From IMG/VR virus record IMGVR_UViG_3300037296_000160, positions 1-53,674 of that record: a stretch of DNA of 53,674 bases, one strand, 5' to 3'. This document shows, piece after piece, positions 25,960 to 35,034 of this stretch (position 1 is the first letter of the stretch; every line of letters starts with the position of its first letter). The position numbers were made by a program, and so were the translations under genes. A model generated the notes under the pieces. The model saw only the letters and a list, made by a program, of their open reading frames with translations, did not search any database and was not told the DNA's origin. Origin of the DNA: a virus (taxonomy: Duplodnaviria; Caudoviricetes).

Positions 25960-26373
25960 ATGACCCGTGCGCGTGTGACGGCCACAAGACCAGCCGACGA
26001 GAACAACCAAGTGCTGACCGTTGTAGGGGGAGGCGGTGGCTATCGCCGCACACCCTGCCCCGGTTGCCCGTGGCGCACAGAGAACGACGGCGATTTTCCG
26101 GCCGAGGCGTTCAGACATAGCGCAGGGACCGCCTACGACATGGCGCAATCGACCTTTGGTTGCCACGAGAGCGGGGCAGAGAAGCCAGCAACGTGCGCCG
26201 GGTTCCTGCTGCGCGGTGCCGCCCACAACTTCAAGGTTCGCACGGGTGCCCGCATAGAGGGGCTATACAACGACGTTCACGCCGACGGCGCGGACCTGCA
26301 CGACAGTTACAGAGCAATGGCAGAGGCAAACGGCGTCGATCCAGATGACCCCGTTCTTGCCCCCTGCCGGTAA
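25960..26373 (+). CDS. DUF6283-like Cys-rich protein
   Basis: PCPGCPWR...FPAEAF...TFGCHES...CAGFL. Confidence 0.75.
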   Translation: MTRARVTATRPADENNQVLTVVGGGGGYRRTPCPGCPWRTENDGDFPAEAFRHSAGTAYDMAQSTFGCHESGAEKPATCAGFLLRGAAHNFKVRTGARIEGLYNDVHADGADLHDSYRAMAEANGVDPDDPVLAPCR

Positions 26374-26384
26374 GGAGAAGCCGC

Positions 26385-26594
26385 ATGAGCGACAAACCAA
26401 TGCCAGAGGCGGACTACATCGCAGCCTTCACCGCTGAAATGGTCCGCGTAGGGGGGGAGACGTTCGCAGATGGATCGTCAATCCGCGAGTATGCCCAAGA
26501 GGTAGCGCCCACCTACTACCGTGACCCTATGACCAGAGAGGACGGACCAGAAGCCGCCGTAGAGGCTGACATGGACTGTTGGGAGGGAGCATAA
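26385..26594 (+). CDS. Small acidic hypothetical protein
   Basis: AAGGAG SD; ends PEAAVEADMDCW. Confidence 0.75.
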   Translation: MSDKPMPEADYIAAFTAEMVRVGGETFADGSSIREYAQEVAPTYYRDPMTREDGPEAAVEADMDCWEGA

Positions 26595-26836
26595 TGCTAG
26601 ACACGACAGACAACCGGGCGCTGGGCACTATGGAGTCGCAGCAAACCGTAGACCGCGTGACCGTTGAAACGATAGCAGGCAGTAACGAGGTGTCAGTCTA
26701 CCAAGAACACGCTGCTGGCGGTGTCCAGCCGCCGGGGGAGGTGACGCTGTTTGGTATGAGAGACTTGCGCGCGCTGCACTTCCTGACAGGCGAGTTGATC
26801 CGAGACGCCGAGAACGTAGCGAGGGCGCATCCATGA
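26594..26836 (+). CDS. Hypothetical protein
   Basis: GGAG SD; TAATG coupling. Confidence 0.65.
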   Translation: MLDTTDNRALGTMESQQTVDRVTVETIAGSNEVSVYQEHAAGGVQPPGEVTLFGMRDLRALHFLTGELIRDAENVARAHP

Positions 26837-27129
26837 GCGATCTAGTCGAGACGAGTGAGGACATTGCAGTCAAGCTGCGCCTATGGGACGCCACCAAGCG
26901 CGAACTGTTTAGGTTTGCTGACCGATATGCCAAGGCCGCGATACCGGGCAAGAAGCTGTCACCAGAGCAAGAGGACGTCCTGTTTGCCGTAGGGCAGAAG
27001 AAATACCCGCTGTCCCTTGTGGTAGCCATAGCGGACAACATGGGGCTGGATGGGACGCTACCTGCAAACGTAGAGGAAAAGCTGACCATGTATCGCCACA
27101 AGCTGCGCCTGTTCGTGCCGGGGCGGTAA
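26833..27129 (+). CDS. Hypothetical protein
   Basis: ATGA coupling; last gene before the terminator. Confidence 0.7.
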   Translation: MSDLVETSEDIAVKLRLWDATKRELFRFADRYAKAAIPGKKLSPEQEDVLFAVGQKKYPLSLVVAIADNMGLDGTLPANVEEKLTMYRHKLRLFVPGR

Positions 27130-27151
27130 GCCACCCCCTAGCGCACCAAAC

Positions 27152-27191
27152 AAAAAGCCCGCCCCGTGATCCACAGGGCGGGCTTAACTTT
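27152..27191. terminator. Probable bidirectional intrinsic terminator
   Basis: AAGCCCGCCC/GGGCGGGCTT stem with an A-tract on the left and a T-rich tail on the right, between convergent genes. Confidence 0.75.
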
Positions 27192-27286
27192 GTCTGGCGC
27201 GCTGGGCGGGCCTTTACGATGCTAGGTTTACGTCGCACAAAACGTTGCCATTTATCGTCAAGCAGTTTCAGCATCCTTGTCGGTCC

Positions 27287-27493
27287 TTAAAATGATTGCA
27301 TATACCAAGTGTCGCCGGGTTCGGCGCAACAGTGAATGTCTGTGTGTTTTTCTGGGTCGTATCCGCCGTCTACTTTGTAGAGCAGGCCGTGCTTGATAGC
27401 GATTTCTTGCAGGTCGCCAGCGTCAATGTCATGGCCTTCCGGCCACTCACTAAGCAAATCCTTGGCGAAGGCTTCAAAGTCTGGCTTTTGCAT
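27287..27493 (-). CDS. Small hypothetical protein
   Basis: 68 aa, AAGGA SD; divergent from the resolvase. Confidence 0.7.
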   Translation of the reverse strand: MQKPDFEAFAKDLLSEWPEGHDIDAGDLQEIAIKHGLLYKVDGGYDPEKHTDIHCCAEPGDTWYMQSF

Positions 27494-27534
27494 GTCTGCG
27501 GTCCTTGTGTGAGTGTTCGCTTCTGATGCCCACC

Positions 27535-27620
27535 TTACACAATCTTGCAGTTGTGTAAATACATAATCGCATACGGTTACTGTATGACTTATCTTGACAC
27601 CATAGGTGCGCCGTGCGTAA
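27535..27620. promoter_or_regulatory. Putative res site / resolvase promoter
   Basis: Inverted repeats TTACACAA-N8-TTGTGTAA (27535-58) and CATAC..GTATG (27570-86); TTGACA at 27594. Confidence 0.5.
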
Positions 27621-27628
27621 TGTTCGGC

Positions 27629-28381
27629 ATGATGAATTTACCCGATTTCAGCGGCAACCTTTACGGCTATGCGCGCGTGTCCACCGAGGACCAGAACCTA
27701 AACCTTCAGCTTGACGCCTTACGGGCGGCAGGCATCCCGGATAGCCGCATCTTCACAGAGAAGGTGTCTGGCACGTCTAAGAAGCGGCCCAAGCTGGAAC
27801 TCGTGCGCAAGATCATGCGCGAGGGTGATGCGCTGTGCGTCTGGCGTCTGGACCGCGTAGGGCGGTCTGTGGTGGCCGTGGTAGAGTTTGTCGAAGGTCT
27901 TAGCGCTGACGGCATCTTGTTCCGGTGCCTGACTGAACCAATCGACACTACCACACCGACCGGAAAGCTGATGCTGCACATGATGGCGGCGCTGGCAGAG
28001 TTCGAGCGCAACATGATCGCTCAGCGGACGCGGGCCGGAATGGACGCGGCACGGTCGCGGGGCGTCAAGATGGGGCCGAAACACCGCATCTTGGATTGTC
28101 CCAAGCGGCTGGCGCGCTTCATTGAGTTGTGGGCCGATGGGCGTATCCCGTCCGGCGACATGAGCGCAAATGATGTGTGGGCCGATCTGAATACAGTGCC
28201 GTCCAAGCTGCCAGAGATGAAGGCACAAAGCAGCTATAGCAACTGGAAGGCACGTCTATTCGCGGGGTTTGAAGCATCGCTAGATCAGGCGATTAGCAAG
28301 GGCGACGACAAGGCCGCGAAGGTAAAGCCGCTGTTCCTGCAATGGCGCAAAGGTATCCTAGAGCAGAAAGGCAAAAGCTAA
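27629..28381 (+). CDS. Small serine recombinase (resolvase/invertase family)
   Basis: YGYARVSTEDQ, RPKL, GD.L.VWRLDR.GRS, IDTTTPTGKLM..MMAALAEFER; too short for a large serine integrase. Confidence 0.93.
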   Translation: MMNLPDFSGNLYGYARVSTEDQNLNLQLDALRAAGIPDSRIFTEKVSGTSKKRPKLELVRKIMREGDALCVWRLDRVGRSVVAVVEFVEGLSADGILFRCLTEPIDTTTPTGKLMLHMMAALAEFERNMIAQRTRAGMDAARSRGVKMGPKHRILDCPKRLARFIELWADGRIPSGDMSANDVWADLNTVPSKLPEMKAQSSYSNWKARLFAGFEASLDQAISKGDDKAAKVKPLFLQWRKGILEQKGKS

Positions 28382-29202
28382 TGCGTGGATATACCCTGCC
28401 AGCCGGAAACGTGCAGATTAGCTTTAGCGGCGGGCGCACGTCTGCATACATGCTGCACCAGATACTTGCGGTAAACGGCGACCTGCCAGAACGAGTGCAA
28501 GTCGTGTTTTCAAACACCGGGCGCGAAATGGACGGGACGCTTGATTTTGTGCAAGAGTGCGCCGAACGCTGGAATATTCGTGTGGTATGGGTTGAGGATG
28601 CCAAACGGGGCGGTGACGCTCTTTTTGACGTGGTGTCGCACAATTCGGCCAGCCGTTTCGGTGAACCTTTCAAGCGGCTAATAGAGCGCAAGAAAGCCTG
28701 CCCAGATCAGTCTAAGCGGTTCTGCACAGAGCATCTAAAGATCCTGCCCGCTCGGCGTTATCTTATATCGTTGGGCTGGAAGGAGTGGACGAACGCAGTA
28801 GGCATCCGTGCCGATGAACCGCACCGTCTGAAACCATCCCCCGACAAGCGGGTTAGGAAGTGGTATCCGCTGGAAGATGTAGACAAGCCTGCGGTGATGC
28901 GGTTTTGGGCCGCGCAACCTTTCGATCTGCGCATTGAGCCAGGTTATGGGAATTGCGATGGCTGTTTTATGAAGTCAGAGGCGCAGCTTGCGGCGCTATG
29001 CCGTGACTACCCTGATCGGGCTGAATGGTGGGAAGATATGGAGCGCAAGGCGTCTGCTTTGACCGCGAGTGCTGGCGGCGCGCGGTTCCGTGATCAATTC
29101 ACGCGGGCGCAACTGCGCGACACTGTAGATAGGCAGGGCGATTTCCTTTTTTCCACCGAAGAAGGCTGGTGCCAAAAGAACCACGGCGAATGCACCGGAT
29201 GA
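28381..29202 (+). CDS. PAPS-reductase-family / adenine-nucleotide alpha-hydrolase (PP-loop, Cys-rich)
   Basis: ISFSGGRTSAYM, FSNTGRE, RFCT..LK, GIRADE, GNCDGCF. Confidence 0.85.
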   Translation: MRGYTLPAGNVQISFSGGRTSAYMLHQILAVNGDLPERVQVVFSNTGREMDGTLDFVQECAERWNIRVVWVEDAKRGGDALFDVVSHNSASRFGEPFKRLIERKKACPDQSKRFCTEHLKILPARRYLISLGWKEWTNAVGIRADEPHRLKPSPDKRVRKWYPLEDVDKPAVMRFWAAQPFDLRIEPGYGNCDGCFMKSEAQLAALCRDYPDRAEWWEDMERKASALTASAGGARFRDQFTRAQLRDTVDRQGDFLFSTEEGWCQKNHGECTG

Positions 29203-29242
29203 AACCGAACAACCCACGAAGGAGCACCCAATACCGCCTGAC

Positions 29243-29272
29243 AGGCCCGTAGCGCGCCGCTGCGGGCCTTTC
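29243..29272 (+). terminator. Hairpin terminator after the resolvase-PAPS unit
   Basis: AGGCCCGTAGCG...CGCTGCGGGCCT-TTCG. Confidence 0.55.
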
Positions 29273-29353
29273 GCCTGTCTAAGCACCCGCTGGGGGCCGA
29301 CCTTGTAAAAACCTGACATTTACGCGCCTACGCACGAGGCAGGTCAAACCCTG

Positions 29354-29502
29354 TTGATCGAGGGCGTGGGCTTGTGGTATCAACCACGTCAACGGCAGAG
29401 CGCAGGAGCGCCGCCGACCGCGCAGGAGCGCGACACACACCCCCCATTCGACTGCGGTGTAGGATGCACCCGGTTCATTCCTTTAATGAACGAGGTATCC
29501 CT
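29354..29502 (+). promoter_or_regulatory. Capsid-operon promoter and structured leader with three AGGA-loop hairpins
   Basis: TTGATC (29354) and TGGTATCAA; GCGC-AGGA-GCGC (29400-11), CGCGC-AGGA-GCGCG (29419-32), GGTGT-AGGAT-GCACC (29456-70); GTTCATT/AATGAAC hairpin before the GAGGT SD. Confidence 0.7.
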
Positions 29503-30612
29503 ATGTCTTCCACCCAACTGGCTTTTGGCGACCCGAAGGCCGCTGTTCGTTGGTCCGCTAACCTTGCGCTGGACGTGAACCACGCTGGCTTCTGGTCCAC
29601 CCGCTTTGTCGGCAAAGGCTCGCAATTCGCTATCGAGGAAAAGACCGAACTCGAAGGCGAAGCTGGCGACACGATCCACTTCGACCTGCTGGTCAACCTG
29701 ACCGAAGAACCCACCTTTGGCGACGCCGAGGTTGCGGGCACTGCCGAGAGCATGAAGCACCGTTCTGACCGCATCCACATCGACCAGATGCGCCACCCGG
29801 TGTCTGCGCCCGGTCGTATGGGCCGCAAGCGTAGCGTCCACAACTTCCGCAAAGACGCGAAGATGCTGCTCAAGGACTACTGGGCCAAGTGGAAGGACGA
29901 AGTCACGTTCATCTACATGTCTGGCAACCGGGGCATCAACGAAGACTTCATCATGCGTCAGGGCTGGGAAGGCTTTGCCGAGAACAAGCTGCGCGCGCCT
30001 GACCGTGCCCACCTGATGTATGGCGGCGATGCGACGTCCAAGGCGTCCCTGACCGCTGACGACAAGATGGGCCGCAATGTCATCGAACTGGCGGAAACCA
30101 AGTGCCGCATGATGCGCGCCACGGATCGCAGCGTTGCCAACATGCAGCCGCTGAACATCGACGGGGGCAAGCACTACGTTTGCGTCATGTCGCCGTTCCA
30201 AGAGCATGACATGCGCCAAGACGTCGGCCCGTCGGGCTGGCTGACCGTTCAGCGTGACGCAGCCGCCGCAGAGGGCAAGAACAACGCCATCTTCAAGGGC
30301 GGTCTGGGCATGGTGAAGAACGTCGTTCTGCACAGCCACGAGAACGTCGTCCGCATGGATGACTACGGCGTCACTGGCGACGTCAGCGCCGCCCGCGCCC
30401 TGTTCCTTGGCGCACAGGCCGGTGTCTGCGCACACGGCACCAAGGATAGCCGCAAGTATCTGTGGCACGAGGAAGAAGTCGATAAGGGCAACAAGCCCGA
30501 AATCACGGCGGGCACGATCTGGGGCATCAACAAGTCCCAATTCAACGGCAAGGACTTTGGCTGCATCAGCATCGACACCGCCTGTTCCGACCCGAACAGC
30601 ACCGCAGCCTAA
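29503..30612 (+). CDS. Major capsid protein, N4-gp56/DUF4043 family
   Basis: FGDPKA..RWS..L, ELE.EAGDTI.FDL, IDQ.RH.V, GGDATSK, IFKGGLGM..NVVLH, ARALFLGAQA, DFG.ISIDT. Confidence 0.92.
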   Translation: MSSTQLAFGDPKAAVRWSANLALDVNHAGFWSTRFVGKGSQFAIEEKTELEGEAGDTIHFDLLVNLTEEPTFGDAEVAGTAESMKHRSDRIHIDQMRHPVSAPGRMGRKRSVHNFRKDAKMLLKDYWAKWKDEVTFIYMSGNRGINEDFIMRQGWEGFAENKLRAPDRAHLMYGGDATSKASLTADDKMGRNVIELAETKCRMMRATDRSVANMQPLNIDGGKHYVCVMSPFQEHDMRQDVGPSGWLTVQRDAAAAEGKNNAIFKGGLGMVKNVVLHSHENVVRMDDYGVTGDVSAARALFLGAQAGVCAHGTKDSRKYLWHEEEVDKGNKPEITAGTIWGINKSQFNGKDFGCISIDTACSDPNSTAA

Positions 30613-30680
30613 CGCGCACCGTGCCCGCCGCATCCAGTGGCGGGCACTTGTCCTGAACGTCTGACCCAAGAGGCAAACAC

Positions 30681-31136
30681 ATGCTTATCAAATCCCCCAT
30701 CGAGCAAGGCCGTCAGTATTCGACCTCGCCCCATGCCAAGAGCCAAGAGACGGTGCAGCTTGTCACCATCGACCTGTCCAAAGGCGTCACCGCAGCCAGC
30801 GACCTATTGGCCGTCGGCAAGGTGCCCGCCAACTGCCGCCCGACCAGCATCGAGGTTATCGGTGGCGGTCTGCCAGCAACCAGCACTGGCACCGTGGGCT
30901 GGCTGACAGGCGCGGCGCTGGCCGACGACGATGACACCCGCACACTGCCCGGCGAGAACACGATCCAAGCAGGTCTGGTTATCGACGGCACCAAAAGCGC
31001 AGCGGCATCCACGGCCAACTGCCTCAAAATGGCACCCGTCGGCTACGACCGCACCATTGGCATCAAGCTGTCCGCGAACGTGCCCGCTGGCACCGCGTTC
31101 CTGACGCTGCTGATGCGCTACGCATCCCTGCAATAA
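30681..31136 (+). CDS. Putative capsid decoration / virion-associated protein
   Basis: Small beta-rich protein directly after the capsid gene; GAGG SD. Confidence 0.65.
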   Translation: MLIKSPIEQGRQYSTSPHAKSQETVQLVTIDLSKGVTAASDLLAVGKVPANCRPTSIEVIGGGLPATSTGTVGWLTGAALADDDDTRTLPGENTIQAGLVIDGTKSAAASTANCLKMAPVGYDRTIGIKLSANVPAGTAFLTLLMRYASLQ

Positions 31137-31147
31137 GCCCGCCTGCC

Positions 31148-31180
31148 CCGGCCCCTGCGTGACGGGGGCCGGTTTGTTTT
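31148..31180 (+). terminator. Intrinsic terminator after the capsid genes
   Basis: CCGGCCCC...GGGGCCGG-TTTGTTTT. Confidence 0.75.
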
Positions 31181-31204
31181 AATCGGGAAGCATAGGAGCA
31201 ACCC

Positions 31205-31876
31205 ATGAAAATCGAATGCACGATCAAGCGCAAAGGCGGCACCCAAATCCCAATGGGCAACCTACGGTATCACTTCAAGCCCGCTGGCTTGAATGTCAGT
31301 GGCCCGCACGTCGCAACCGTCAACGATGACAAGCACATTGGCATGTTTCTGGCCGCGCCCGAAGCATACCGCCACTACGCGGGCGACGGCGATGCAGAAC
31401 AGCCAGAGAAGCTGAACCAGACAGTCATGGAAACCGCGACCAAAGCGCCCGAATTGAACGGCGCTGTTGAACTGTCAAAGGCTATCGGCATCCACGGCGC
31501 CCTGACCCCTGAACAGATTGGCGAAATCCTGGGCGATGCAGCCGCAGGCCGCGCACACAAGCTGACCCAGCCCGTGAAGCGCGCGGACCCTGTCAAGCAG
31601 ACGTCCGACGAACCGCCTGCCGCACAGATCGTCAAGCCAGAGAACGACACCAACACGCAGGTTCCGTTGAACAAGGAACTGGCGAAGCTGGCCGTCACAC
31701 AGACGGTGGACAACGCCAAGGCAAAGAACACCGAGGCCACCACCGACGCGCACACCAAAGACGCGCTGGAAGGCATGACCGACGAGAAGCTGGCCGAACT
31801 CTACGAGGAAAAAGAGGGCCGCAAGCCCCCCTCGAACATCAAGCGCGAGACGATGATCGACGCACTGGCCGAGTAA
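31205..31876 (+). CDS. Hypothetical protein with a C-terminal HeH/LEM-like helical motif
   Basis: AGGAG SD; LEGMTDEKLAELYEEKEGRKPPSNIKRETMIDAL. Confidence 0.75.
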   Translation: MKIECTIKRKGGTQIPMGNLRYHFKPAGLNVSGPHVATVNDDKHIGMFLAAPEAYRHYAGDGDAEQPEKLNQTVMETATKAPELNGAVELSKAIGIHGALTPEQIGEILGDAAAGRAHKLTQPVKRADPVKQTSDEPPAAQIVKPENDTNTQVPLNKELAKLAVTQTVDNAKAKNTEATTDAHTKDALEGMTDEKLAELYEEKEGRKPPSNIKRETMIDALAE

Positions 31877-31931
31877 GACCGACGGCGGGCCACGACAGGC
31901 CCGCCGCTCACACCTATAGGGAGCCACGCGC

Positions 31932-32630
31932 ATGGCCGTTACTGCCAGAGAAGTATTGAACCGCGTCGTGATCGACCTGCATGATACAGACCACGTCCGT
32001 TGGCCCCTGTATAATCTGAACCTCTACATATCCGACGGCCTGACACAGATCGCGTCTGCCAAGCCCACTGCGTTCAGCAAGACCGTCACCCTCGATCTAG
32101 CTGAAGGCGTAGAGCAAACCCTGCCCGATGACGTCGCCTCGATCCTGCGTGTTATCGCCAACAAGTCGGCAGCGGGCATCATGGGCCGCGCCGTCACCCC
32201 CATCGAGCGGCATCAGCTCGACCTGTTCTGGCCACACTGGCAAGACCCCCGCTACATGCCCTACAGCGCCGAGGTGCAGCACGTCAGCTATGACCCTGCC
32301 AGCCCGCGCACCTTCCTTGTGTTCCCCGGCAATACCGGAACCGGCAAGATCACGGCAACCGTCGCGTCTGGCGTTGTGACCGTGACCAAGGACGTAGGCA
32401 CCGAAGGCACGAAGACCGACCATTACACGATGGAACTAGGCATAGACGACGCCTACCGATCCACGTTGGTCAACTACGTCCTGTATCGCGCCTTCACCCC
32501 CGATCAGGACACACCGCAGGCCGCACAGCGCGCCAACGCATACCTGCAACTGTTCACCGCAGACCTTGGGCAGCGCGCCCAGAATGAAGCGACACAGACG
32601 CCCGACAGCATCACACAACCGGGAGCCTGA
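31932..32630 (+). CDS. Head-tail adaptor protein (DUF6682-like)
   Basis: L.D..HVRW...L..YISDG...I...KP.A, F.VFP, LVNYVLYRAF..D; position after the capsid genes. Confidence 0.7.
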   Translation: MAVTAREVLNRVVIDLHDTDHVRWPLYNLNLYISDGLTQIASAKPTAFSKTVTLDLAEGVEQTLPDDVASILRVIANKSAAGIMGRAVTPIERHQLDLFWPHWQDPRYMPYSAEVQHVSYDPASPRTFLVFPGNTGTGKITATVASGVVTVTKDVGTEGTKTDHYTMELGIDDAYRSTLVNYVLYRAFTPDQDTPQAAQRANAYLQLFTADLGQRAQNEATQTPDSITQPGA

Positions 32631-32633
32631 CCG

Positions 32634-32738
32634 ATGAAAACCAACGGACCAACCGCCAAGCCATGCACATGCGGATACCCAAAGAAGACGTCGGGCAAGT
32701 GCTGGACCTGTGGCGCAGATAAAACTCACAATTCGTAA
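32634..32738 (+). CDS. 34-aa four-cysteine micro-protein (not in the ORF track)
   Basis: MKTNGPTAKPCTCGYPKKTSGKCWTCGADKTHNS; GGGAG SD; fills the gap between two structural genes. Confidence 0.5.
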   Translation: MKTNGPTAKPCTCGYPKKTSGKCWTCGADKTHNS

Positions 32739-32750
32739 GGGAGCCTGACC

Positions 32751-33437
32751 ATGGCTGAACAACTGCGCCCGCTTGGCGACTTCCTGCAACTTGTCCGCAT
32801 GGAAGCGCCGGGGGCCGCTGACGTGCTGGCTATCCAAGCCCTGCGCCTGTCAGCCGCCGACTATTGCAAGAAAACCCGTTGCTGGCGTCACGCTATCACC
32901 GTGCAGATGGACGCGGACGGCGATGACCCTGTTGTCGTGCCCGATCACACCAGCCTCTACCAGATCGAGAGCGCGCTATGGGGCGATGACCGCGACCCTA
33001 TCACACCGATCGCTTACACCGACGTCATGGACGATTGGCAACTGACCGAGGCGGGCAACTACAAGCCCGACTTTATCACGATGACCAGCACCAACACCGT
33101 CACCGTCCTGCCCAAGATCGCGGGCACCTTGCACCTATCCGTGTTCCTGACCCCTATCGTGGGGCCGTCTGACTTGCTGGGACCGTCGGCAGGCGGCGTC
33201 CCTGCCCCGTATGACGATATCAACCGCGTCCCAAACTTCCTGTTCACGGATCACGCCGAGACAATCGCAAGCGGTGCCCTGTATCGCCTACTGCGCATCC
33301 CCAACATGCCGTTCACCAATCCCGAAATGGCAGCGGCGCACTTCACCATGTTCAATGAAGCCGCCGACCGCGCGTCCAACGTGTCGATCACAGGCAAACA
33401 GCGCGCCCGTAAGCGCGCCCGTCCGATCTGGTATTGA
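32751..33437 (+). CDS. Second adaptor / tail-associated virion protein
   Basis: A..LAIQALR.SA.DYC.KT.CWR and IASGAL.RL..IP..PFTNP..A patterns; position in the structural operon. Confidence 0.65.
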   Translation: MAEQLRPLGDFLQLVRMEAPGAADVLAIQALRLSAADYCKKTRCWRHAITVQMDADGDDPVVVPDHTSLYQIESALWGDDRDPITPIAYTDVMDDWQLTEAGNYKPDFITMTSTNTVTVLPKIAGTLHLSVFLTPIVGPSDLLGPSAGGVPAPYDDINRVPNFLFTDHAETIASGALYRLLRIPNMPFTNPEMAAAHFTMFNEAADRASNVSITGKQRARKRARPIWY

Positions 33438-33438
33438 T

Positions 33439-35034
33439 ATGACAATCAGCATCCCAAAGTTTACCGGAGCCATCCCGCGCCTCGATGACCGACGCCTGCC
33501 ACCGACAGCAGCGGCCCTTGCGCAGCATACCAAGCTGGAAGACGGCACCCTGCGCGCCTACCGGGGCGAGAACGTCGTCCACAGCTTTGGCGTCCCGCAC
33601 GATACCTTTGTAAAGCTGAACGGCACTTGGGAAGGCTTCACTGGCGTCGTTAGCGTTGTTCCCGGCCCGGTTGCCAAGGATCGTATCTACATCGCAGGCG
33701 GCGAACTGGCCCCGCGTGTGCGCCAAGACGGCAATACCGACTTCCTTGGGGTGCCAGCCCCTACGGTCCCGCTGCACATCGAGCGCCTTGGGCAAGCCCC
33801 GGCAGAGACGCCAGCACCGGAAGCCATCACCTACAGCGTTACCTTTGTGACCGAGCGAAACGAGGAAAGCGCGCCCGGTCCGGTCCCGTCCGTGTTCCAA
33901 TACGGTCTGCCGTCCACGTCGTTCCGCCTGACCAACTTCCCTGTGCCCCCGGCAGATCGCGGCATCAACCGCTACCGCCTCTACCGCACCCAGACCGACA
34001 GCCTTGGCGTCACCAGCCTGTTCTTTGTCAAAGACCTGCCAATCACAACGGTCAGCTACACCCACGACGCCGAAACAGACCCAATCAACGAGGAAATCAC
34101 TTCAACCGCCTACGACCCGCCGCCCGATGACCTTGAAGGGTTATGCGCCATGCAGAACGGCATCATCGCGGGATGGGCAGGAAAAGACCTGCTATTTTGC
34201 GAACCCTACAAGCCACACGCATGGCCCGAAGCCTACAGGCTCAAGACAGACTACAAGATCGTCGGTCTGGCCTCGTTTGGCACCATGCTGGCCGTCCTGA
34301 CTGTAGGCACCCCCTACCGCGTCCAAGGCACACAGCCCGACCGGATGCAGATGGAGCAGATTGAGCAGATTGCACCGTGCCTATCAACGGCGGGCATTGT
34401 CGATATGGGATATGCCGCCGTCTACCCATCCACTGCGGGCCTTATGCAAATCACGAGCAGCGGCGCGCAGATCATCAGCGAAGGGCTGTTCGACCGCGAG
34501 GATTGGAACGATCTAAACCCCGAAACCATGCGGGCCGCGCAGTTTGAAGGCGGCTACCTCTATACCCACACTGACGCTGACGGCGTCTGGCACACCGGCC
34601 TGTTCAACCTATCCCAGCAAAGCCCCCAGCACGTCACCCTCGATGTAGAGGTTCGCAGTTTGTGGCACCGGATCGAAAGCGGACGCACGTTCGGACTGTC
34701 ACCAGAAAGCACTGTGCTGCAATTCAACACCCGGTCAAAGGCGCACCGCCCCTACGTCTGGCGTTCGTCCGTGTTCACAGCGCCCGCAGCCGTCAACTAT
34801 GCGGCCTTTATGATCGACAGCGAACCGGAGAAGGGCAAGCCAGAGGGCTTAACCACCGTCCGCGTGTATGCCGACGGCGCGCTAATCCACACCAAAGACG
34901 CCGAAAATAAGACCCCCTACCGCCTGCCGTCCGGTTTTCGCGCGAAGGAGTGGCAAATCGAACTGGAAGGTGTCGAGCGCGTCGCCCGGTTCCGCATGAC
35001 GACGTCCGTTGCTGAATTGTTGGAGACACCATGA
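33439..35034 (+). CDS. Tail nozzle/stabilisation protein (beta-propeller-like)
   Basis: F.G.IPRL..R.LP...A..A, YDPPP..L.GL..M.NG, FCEPY.PHAWP, WRS..F, YRLPSGF. Confidence 0.7.
   Translation: MTISIPKFTGAIPRLDDRRLPPTAAALAQHTKLEDGTLRAYRGENVVHSFGVPHDTFVKLNGTWEGFTGVVSVVPGPVAKDRIYIAGGELAPRVRQDGNTDFLGVPAPTVPLHIERLGQAPAETPAPEAITYSVTFVTERNEESAPGPVPSVFQYGLPSTSFRLTNFPVPPADRGINRYRLYRTQTDSLGVTSLFFVKDLPITTVSYTHDAETDPINEEITSTAYDPPPDDLEGLCAMQNGIIAGWAGKDLLFCEPYKPHAWPEAYRLKTDYKIVGLASFGTMLAVLTVGTPYRVQGTQPDRMQMEQIEQIAPCLSTAGIVDMGYAAVYPSTAGLMQITSSGAQIISEGLFDREDWNDLNPETMRAAQFEGGYLYTHTDADGVWHTGLFNLSQQSPQHVTLDVEVRSLWHRIESGRTFGLSPESTVLQFNTRSKAHRPYVWRSSVFTAPAAVNYAAFMIDSEPEKGKPEGLTTVRVYADGALIHTKDAENKTPYRLPSGFRAKEWQIELEGVERVARFRMTTSVAELLETP

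Noticed and set aside
26909-27274. 121-aa minus-strand ORF with an AAGGA upstream
   Set aside because: It runs through the terminator and antisense into another gene; at most a short remnant.
27629-28381. Integrase
   Set aside because: About 250 aa, lacking the recombinase and zinc-ribbon domains of large serine integrases.
29389-30669. 426-aa minus-strand ORF
   Set aside because: Antisense to the major capsid gene; shadow ORF.
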